A stretch of DNA of 64,000 bases from a virus, in the IMG/VR virus record IMGVR_UViG_3300025289_000025, positions 26,297-90,296 of that record, one strand, 5' to 3'. Position 1 is the first letter of the stretch. Each line of letters begins with the position of its first letter. The translations under genes and the position numbers were made by a program. The notes under the pieces are model-generated. The model was not told the DNA's origin. It did not search any database and saw only the letters and a list, made by a program, of their open reading frames with translations. Of this stretch, positions 57,135 to 64,000 are shown piece by piece.

Positions 57135-58544
57135 TTAAAATTGTTCATTTCCCATCCATCCCTCGTCAAAATATAAAACTAACCTTAGTCCAAAATGCTC
57201 AACTAAATAGCGTGAACTAATATCTAGAATATCTACCAAAATAACATCATCTTTTATTCCAGGAACGGTGCGCAATCCCCTCCCGAGGGATTGTATTGTA
57301 TTAATTTCTGATTTTCCTCCGGCAGCGTTTATAATTGCCCCTAATGTAGGAATATCGACCCCTTCTTTCCAAACTGCATCTGCAATTACTACATCTACCA
57401 ATCCTTCATTTAAATCTTTTTTTATTGTTGTACGAGTGGTTCCAGGTATCTTACTCCAAACAAATTCAATTCGTAGATGAGGAAATAATCTATGTGCCAT
57501 ATCAAGAATATTATTTCCATGTTGTACAAGTGATACGATGATAAGTACGGTTCTGCCAGCTTTTACTAAATTATCAGCCGTTTGTAGAACTAGTTTATGG
57601 CGTCGGCTATTGAACGTTACGGAATATTTATATACTTCCTGATATGACTTCGCTTCTCTAGCGGCCAACGTAATGGGCAACTTTTTTAGAATAACTTTTA
57701 TTTTTGCCAATCTTTCCACCTCTGAAATTTTCTTTTTTGAAATGACTGGCCCTATGTAACCTTCAAGTGCTAGTTGTCCTTTCCCCTCATGAGGGAGGGT
57801 GGCAGTAAACCCAATTTTGAATGGGCAATCAATTGATGATAATACTTTAGCGTAGGATCCACCACCCTCCGTACTAAACGGTTTTGAAAATCTAGCGCAG
57901 TGATGAGTTTCGTCGATTACTACTATATCTATTTCTTTGAAAAATAAACTATCCGATGGAATATCTTTTAATGTTTGAATCGTCGCTATAGTTATTCTAT
58001 TTGGGGAATTATATCCTCCCCCCAGTTTGCCTACTTCTTTGGGAAAAAACTCAGAGGCGCGTTCAAATGTTTGCTCTAATATGTCTTTAGTATTTACTAC
58101 AATAAGACTGTTTAAATCAGGAAATAAAGAAATAAAAGATAGAAAAATTATTGTTTTTCCCGAGCCGGTAGGGTGAAAAATTACCCCTCGTATATTCGTA
58201 AGAATATTTTTTATAGCAAAGACTTGATCCGGTTTTAATTTAAGTCCTCTCGGAATAGTGATATTTTCTATTTGGTCATCAGTAAAATATGGTATTAGTG
58301 GTAATGGTGGTTCCTCTATGTTAATAGGTATGTTGTTTGATATACAATAATTTTTTACTCTAGGAATAAACCCGGTTAAAAATTCGCCTTTTTTAACTAA
58401 TGGTTTATAATATTCTTTTTCCACTCGTCTAAATTGAGTTTGGCGCCAATACGTTTCTTTATATTTTAGGAAATCTGCCAAAATTTTAGCGTCTTCATAA
58501 GTATTAACCTTGCTGAATATAGAATTTATTATTTTTATATTCAT
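57135..58544 (-). CDS. Superfamily 2 helicase (UvsW-like)
   Basis: PTGSGKT, DETHH, FTAT, EGVDIP, QSLGRGLR. Confidence 0.92.
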   Translation of the reverse strand: MNIKIINSIFSKVNTYEDAKILADFLKYKETYWRQTQFRRVEKEYYKPLVKKGEFLTGFIPRVKNYCISNNIPINIEEPPLPLIPYFTDDQIENITIPRGLKLKPDQVFAIKNILTNIRGVIFHPTGSGKTIIFLSFISLFPDLNSLIVVNTKDILEQTFERASEFFPKEVGKLGGGYNSPNRITIATIQTLKDIPSDSLFFKEIDIVVIDETHHCARFSKPFSTEGGGSYAKVLSSIDCPFKIGFTATLPHEGKGQLALEGYIGPVISKKKISEVERLAKIKVILKKLPITLAAREAKSYQEVYKYSVTFNSRRHKLVLQTADNLVKAGRTVLIIVSLVQHGNNILDMAHRLFPHLRIEFVWSKIPGTTRTTIKKDLNEGLVDVVIADAVWKEGVDIPTLGAIINAAGGKSEINTIQSLGRGLRTVPGIKDDVILVDILDISSRYLVEHFGLRLVLYFDEGWMGNEQF

Positions 58545-59410
58545 TGCTTAGTTTCTTTTTGTTTATTGTATCTTATCTTTTGAGATTTAGATATTTTATC
58601 GTGGTATTCTTTACTATCCATTATGTTTTTCATTTTTTCTTGAAATTTAGGATTTGCCCATCGTTTATGGGCAGCTTTTGCTATTTTTGCTTTAGTCTCT
58701 GCAGAGTGGGGTTTTCTCGGCCTTCCCTTTTGGGCTATAGACATATTAGCTCTAGCTTCTTCACTCCTAACTTTTCCTTTGTTTGATGCGGACACTTTAG
58801 CTCTCCATTCAGGATCTTTGGCTATTTCTCTATTTCTAAAGGCGATTTTATTTTTGGTTTCCGTACTTAGAGGTTTTCTATTATTTTGGCCATCTAACAT
58901 TTTTTTTCTTAGTTCTGGATTTTCCCACATCTTTTTAGTTATCTTTGCCATTTTAGATTTATATTCTGGATCGGATAGACTTTTTTTTAGATTTGTCATA
59001 ATTCTTTCTCTGCATTCAGGATTTGCCCAATTTCTTTTGGTGGCCACAGATCTTTTGGCACATGTTTCTGGAGTATGTTTTACTCCTAAGCAATTTTCAG
59101 CTTTAGGACATATATCATATCCATATCTCGGATCATATGATTTATAAAAATCTTTCCAAATTTGTTCTCTTTCTTTCAATTTTGTTTTATCTTTTATTAC
59201 TTCTATAATTACGAACATAAAATTCCTTTCACCATATTTGTTATAAGCTCTTTGAAGAGTTATAGAGTGATGGTTTCCGTAACGAAGTTGGCCTAAATGA
59301 AACTTCCATCTAGATTTAAAATTAGCAGCGGACCCCACATAAACTTTACCATTCATTACATTTAATATCTTGTATACTCCGCCATAAGTAGGCCATATTA
59401 ATTTTCTCAT
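58541..59410 (-). CDS. GIY-YIG homing endonuclease with NUMOD3 repeats
   Basis: GGVYKI.N..NGKVYVGSA, RW..H, EREQ.W, GYDI. Confidence 0.92.
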   Translation of the reverse strand: MRKLIWPTYGGVYKILNVMNGKVYVGSAANFKSRWKFHLGQLRYGNHHSITLQRAYNKYGERNFMFVIIEVIKDKTKLKEREQIWKDFYKSYDPRYGYDICPKAENCLGVKHTPETCAKRSVATKRNWANPECRERIMTNLKKSLSDPEYKSKMAKITKKMWENPELRKKMLDGQNNRKPLSTETKNKIAFRNREIAKDPEWRAKVSASNKGKVRSEEARANMSIAQKGRPRKPHSAETKAKIAKAAHKRWANPKFQEKMKNIMDSKEYHDKISKSQKIRYNKQKETKQ

Positions 59411-61374
59411 TACTTAAACCCCCCACATTTGCATCTCAGGTGAGGATTATTCCCCTCAAGCCTCCGTCCATTATCCATAAATACCATACACCCCGATGCT
59501 ATGTATTTATTTTTTCCATTTATGACTACTTCTTTCGAAATTAAACAATGAAGTTCTTTACTGTGCTCGCAAGTATCGCAATGATCCTCATACCATTCTT
59601 CAGTATGTAAAACTTTATGGCTCATTTACTCTCCCTAATTTCTTTTTCTTGAGAATAATGAGCTTTTAATATATCTACAGAATCTATAAATTTTTTCCAA
59701 TTACTATGCCATTCACCACAGTTGGGGCATTCTCTCAAAATTTGCCCCATTTTATAAACTATTTTTAATAATTCGACTTCTTTTTCTTCTTGTAAATTTC
59801 GTTGTTTTCCCTCTCGATACCCCCACCACCAAACTAATATTAATATTATGAGAATTAGAAATCCGCAAATTGCTATTTCTATAGCTGGAGTCATTTTATT
59901 TCTCCCTTATCACCACTTTCTCTACATTTTTGAATATCAGTTGGCGGATTAACTGAGTAAATGAACGCTTCCTTGAGCGGATATATTTTCATTATCCTAT
60001 TTCCCTTTCTACAATTCAATTGTCCTTTCTCTGCCATCTCAACGCAATCTCCTTTGATGCAATTGCTATCTGCATTTTTATCCACATAGCATACCCATCT
60101 TTTCTCAGCACATCCAAATAAGATAATGGATAAAATTAGACTGAATTTAACTAATTTTTTCATTTTATTTCTCCTCTGGTGGGGATAGTATAGCATTAAT
60201 TTTTTTGCATATATCATGCGGGAGGATTCTATCAGAACCATACTTTTGACATATGCAATCTTGTATGGTTTCTTTTATTTGATTTAGTTGGGATTTCAAT
60301 TTTGACATAGGATGTTCCGGGCATTTTTCAATGTGCTCTTTGAGAATATCGGCCATTGATACAGGGGTGCTCTCCTTGGGTCCATATCGGTGACCACAGT
60401 AGACACATGTGATCCAATTTCCTGATTGGAGATCATCTATCCAATTTTTCAATTCCTCTTCTTTGAGAAGAGATGCACGGAGGGATTTTACGAGAACCCC
60501 TTCTGGTCCTTTGCAACCATTTGCTATTATTTCCCTTTCTATATTTCTTAATCTTTCGTCGGTGTTTTGTATTATTAGATTCATTATTTTTCTCCCTTTG
60601 GTACTCTTACAGCCTTTTTTCCACTTTCCATCCGATAAGTATTTCTCCCATTAGCTTCGTTGAAATCCTTCACGGCGTTCTTAAATTCATCGACGCCATT
60701 TAAATCTTCATAGGCATCTTCGTAAAGGTTCTCGCAAAGTCTTTCCAAAATATCTTCTACATCAAGTTTAAGAATATTTTCAGTTTCTGCGATATATACG
60801 AATTCAGGTAGTTTTTCTTCATCATTACAACATATTAAATCTTCTAAAGTAGCATAATAAGAATCATTGAATACTACGGGACCGTCCCAATTTTCTAATT
60901 TCTCTGCCTTCTCCATTTGTTCTTTATCTCGACAGTCGTAGCACATCAGATTATGTACGGAGGGGGTTTCCTTTTCACAAATTTTACAGATGCCCTTCTT
61001 ACAACAATTCTCTGCTATGTCGTGAACGTGGGGGAGTTTGCAGGAAGAACAATAAGAAATATTCGTTGGGTTTCCCTCTTTCGTAAATAATGGGATGGCG
61101 TTCATTATTTTCCCTCTTTCTTAATCGTAAATCCCCCCATTTTAGCAGGTTGACCGTCTATGTTTGCCCTTGCAATAAAAATATCATCTGTAGTCATATG
61201 TTCAGTAATTTTTTCTGTAAGAACTGGAACTTCTGATATTGTTGTTTGTTTACCATTAGGAAAAGTACCTACTTCTCTGAATGTTACGGTTAATGTATCC
61301 CCCGGTCGCATATGAAAATTACGTTTTTCTTGCCCAGTAACTACAAATTCAGTAACTTTAGGATTCTTTTTCAT
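59410..61374 (-). other. Run of small hypothetical ORFs (59410-59625, 59622-59894, 59891-60163 lipoprotein-like, 60165-60584, 60584-61105, 61105-61374)
   Basis: Overlapping start/stop codons; the ~60160 ORF has an LFGC lipobox. Confidence 0.55.
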
Positions 61375-62114
61375 TTTCCACCCCCCAATTGGATTAACAA
61401 GTCTCTATCTGTCGGAGTTCCCCACGGGATACACCAACGCCCAGGTACGCAGGATTCCAACCACCTTTCCATTGTTTGAACGTAATCTCCAGGTATTCCA
61501 CTGAAATACCTACTATCTCCTAGGGGGTGAACAGACATTTCTATGAATCCTACTTTGCTTACCAACTCTTTCAGTTCGGGGTCCTCTTCAATAAGTATCC
61601 ACTCCCCGCCTTCTATGTCACATTTCAAGTAGTCAATTTTTTCTTCGATCTGGAAAACCCTTATAAGTAAATCTTTGAGTGATATAGTAGTAGCCATACT
61701 TTCAATAGGAAAATCCCCATCCATTTTAAAAACTAAAGAACGTTGGCCAGAACTGTTCATATTGGTGGCCATAAATAATGGCAAAGAGTCTCCAGAATGG
61801 TTTGTTACTGCCATAGGAATTACGGTTATTTTATTTGTTAATTTATTCTCTATAATATTTCTGGTAAGAATTTGAATATTTAGCTCTGAAGGTTCGAAGG
61901 CATATACCTTTGCCCCCAATTTAGCTGCTGCTATGGATACTATCCCAATATGTGCTCCAATATCAACTACTACATCTAAGGGACCCTTGTGTTCCTTTAT
62001 ATTTTTTGGTGCTTGATCTATTAAAAATTTATCGTTTTCAAGAATCCATAACTCTGTTCCATCTTTCAAGTATGCTTTTTTTGCATTAATTTTGTAAGCA
62101 ATTGGTTTTTCCAT
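61371..62114 (-). CDS. FkbM family methyltransferase
   Basis: VVDIGAHIG, YAFEP, LKCDIEGGE. Confidence 0.9.
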   Translation of the reverse strand: MEKPIAYKINAKKAYLKDGTELWILENDKFLIDQAPKNIKEHKGPLDVVVDIGAHIGIVSIAAAKLGAKVYAFEPSELNIQILTRNIIENKLTNKITVIPMAVTNHSGDSLPLFMATNMNSSGQRSLVFKMDGDFPIESMATTISLKDLLIRVFQIEEKIDYLKCDIEGGEWILIEEDPELKELVSKVGFIEMSVHPLGDSRYFSGIPGDYVQTMERWLESCVPGRWCIPWGTPTDRDLLIQLGGGK

Positions 62115-62121
62115 CTTCCCC

Positions 62122-62697
62122 TCACGTTATTCTTATTTTTCTTTTACAAATTACACAAGTTTTTATAAAAGGCAATCGGGGAGAACAACAATATTCTGAA
62201 AGATACTTCTCCAATGTTCCTCCCTGTTGGGTCATACTCTCAATTGATGCTTTATAGCAGGGATCGCATACATATAGGCTTCCCCCATGACCATACATAA
62301 ATCTATAAACAGCACCACATTTATTACAAATCCATTCTGCACCGTTGTTATTATAACTTCTTGCTAATCCCCCATGCCAACTATGATTACAAATTTTCCA
62401 AGATTCGTCTTTTTCTTTTTCATCTTCCCAAATATGGATACAATCTATATATTTACAATTTTTACAAAATCTTATCCCCCCGTACCCCCTACCCCAAGGA
62501 GATCCAAAACGTTCGTCTTCCCCATTATTTTGTAGGGATATATGATATTCTCCGGAAGGAACTTTTTTACTCCAATGGAGATTGGCATTAATAAAATTAT
62601 GATGAACCAGACAAACTTTTCTATTTGATATGTTATGGGTTTCTGCTACGGATTTTTCATCCCATTCATAAATTTTACCGTACAATTCAATTTTCAT
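62122..62697 (-). CDS. Cys-rich hypothetical protein
   Basis: Multiple CxxC motifs. Confidence 0.5.
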   Translation of the reverse strand: MKIELYGKIYEWDEKSVAETHNISNRKVCLVHHNFINANLHWSKKVPSGEYHISLQNNGEDERFGSPWGRGYGGIRFCKNCKYIDCIHIWEDEKEKDESWKICNHSWHGGLARSYNNNGAEWICNKCGAVYRFMYGHGGSLYVCDPCYKASIESMTQQGGTLEKYLSEYCCSPRLPFIKTCVICKRKIRIT

Positions 62698-62845
62698 CAC
62701 CCCTCCTTACAACACGTTTATTTCATCCTTCATCTCTCACCCCCTGCGCGGGCGGCGGACTCTGTAATTCGTCCTGAACATCCTCATGCATTCCTTACAT
62801 ATCCTCCCGTTCCCGCTATCAGCATCGCAACGATTAGCAGATGTA

Positions 62846-63376
62846 TCATTTTCCCTCCTTCTCCGCGAGCCGGGAGAGGGCGGCGAGTAACGGATCAACC
62901 GGCTCGATGTAATCGGGTATCTCCTTCGACAAGTAACGAACAAATTTCCCGTGCGTCTCAGCGTAGGCGATTTCGTTCCGTGTGCTTTCGCCGATGTACC
63001 CGCCGATGTCGAGCACCCACACCCAATCACATAGGTCGATCTTACGTAGGTGAAGTTCATCCAATTTCTTCTTCGTCTCCGCGTCAGGGAAAACACGCTC
63101 GTGATGCCCCCACAGCCCGACCGCAAGGACGATATTTCCTTCACCGGTAAGCCTGGCGTTCTCAGCGATCCACGCCTGCTTGAAGCGCGTTGATCCGCAG
63201 ATACAGACAATGGGCGGCTTCATGGCGCACACCTGCCCCTCCTTCTCCGCTCTCGCGGAATCCCGTTCCTTCAACACGGCGCGTAAAGATTCCGTCACGA
63301 GATCACCCGGCACTAACCCGTTGAGGATATCATTGCCGGTAAGTCTCGGATCATCCGCTTTCGTTATCAGTTCCAC
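62846..63376 (-). CDS. Nucleoside 2-deoxyribosyltransferase-like protein
   Basis: ICGSTRF, LH.RKID..D, GGYIGEST..EI.YA...GK; GTG start after ggagga. Confidence 0.7.
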   Translation of the reverse strand: MELITKADDPRLTGNDILNGLVPGDLVTESLRAVLKERDSARAEKEGQVCAMKPPIVCICGSTRFKQAWIAENARLTGEGNIVLAVGLWGHHERVFPDAETKKKLDELHLRKIDLCDWVWVLDIGGYIGESTRNEIAYAETHGKFVRYLSKEIPDYIEPVDPLLAALSRLAEKEGK

Positions 63377-63384
63377 GTTTCCTC

Positions 63385-63645
63385 CTACTCGGTGAGATAT
63401 TTGATGAGGGCATCGGCGAGTCTCCGGTATGTCTCCCTCGCTTCCCCTTGTTCTTTCCACCAGTCAAGCGACTCGGCACACTCATGGTCATTACGATGGA
63501 TCACCTTCGCCATCTTCTCCCGGTCCAACTTCTCCCGGAAGCGGACGCATTGAGGACACTCTATTTCTTTGAGTAAGTAAGCATGTTCATTGCAACTCTC
63601 AGTAACATATCCCTTGATGTCACACAGGCACTTATCTTTACTCAT
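63385..63645 (-). CDS. Hypothetical protein, paralog of 56605-56868
   Basis: Shares FR.KLDR.K.A and ADALIKY. Confidence 0.6.
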   Translation of the reverse strand: MSKDKCLCDIKGYVTESCNEHAYLLKEIECPQCVRFREKLDREKMAKVIHRNDHECAESLDWWKEQGEARETYRRLADALIKYLTE

Positions 63646-63656
63646 CTCTCCTCCCC

Positions 63657-63839
63657 CTATTTCCGCCGGATGGCTTCTACTACTGCTTTCGCTAAATCGT
63701 GTTCTCTCGGACTGGACATATTGATTGTTGGTGACAAAAGGTGTTTCTTTATATTCCAATCATACGGCCTATACCCCTGCCACCAGCGTATTGCGGCCCA
63801 TTCGATAACAGACCATTCTGATTTCTTCAGCATCTTCAT
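63657..63839 (-). CDS. Hypothetical protein
   Basis: Packed ORF. Confidence 0.45.
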   Translation of the reverse strand: MKMLKKSEWSVIEWAAIRWWQGYRPYDWNIKKHLLSPTINMSSPREHDLAKAVVEAIRRK

Positions 63840-64000
63840 TTCCCCCGTGCGGCGGTGATAGCGGCGTGGAGCGTTTCATGAGGTACACACGGCTGGTAAT
63901 CATGGTCGATTGTGAACGCCTTCGGATGGATATGGATGCGGGTGTTATAGTGATTCTTCATCAGCCACTCCTCGTCCTCCCTGCGCTCCTTCAGTTCCTT

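Noticed and set aside
62635-63210. Arg-rich ORFs 62635-63150 (+) and 62737-63210 (-)
   Set aside because: Alternative frames over the GC-rich deoxyribosyltransferase-like gene.
1-64000. CRISPR array
   Set aside because: No regularly spaced identical repeats with unique spacers were seen; the repeats found are coding (tail repeats, NUMOD3).

Overview
64 kb fragment of a large, AT-rich tailed dsDNA phage genome. Its many Fe-S enzymes hint at an anaerobic host, which is inference only. Positions 1-8.6 kb (+ strand) hold the end of the tail module: a TipJ/gpJ-like tail tip split into two ORFs, a 1143-aa protein built from ~20-aa S-D-x-x-G-x-x-D repeats, small tail proteins and an HNH endonuclease. 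Positions 8.6-64 kb (almost all - strand) hold a replication/recombination module: SbcC/SbcD, RuvC, RecA, 5'-3' exonuclease, SSB, UvsY-like, clamp loader, UDG-PolA fusion, beta-clamp, initiator, DnaB, primase and SF2 helicase. Interleaved with these are modification enzymes: a GT4-methyltransferase-GT2 fusion, radical SAM/SPASM, a DUF2156 GNAT, two photoproduct-lyase-like radical SAM paralogs, UDP-glucuronate decarboxylase, DUF362, a PAPS-reductase-family protein, an HhH-like protein and FkbM. The window also carries an IS200/IS605 (tnpA-tnpB) insertion and many homing endonucleases. The most striking feature is that both radical SAM paralogs are fractured genes. Each must be reassembled by its own split intein, with a free-standing Vsr/DUF559-like endonuclease between the halves. 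One also carries a second mini-intein 7 residues away, so its CxxxCxxC Fe-S motif forms only after two splicing events. Four of the five inteins sit on Fe-S ligand cysteines. All family assignments come from motif recognition by eye; no database search was run.
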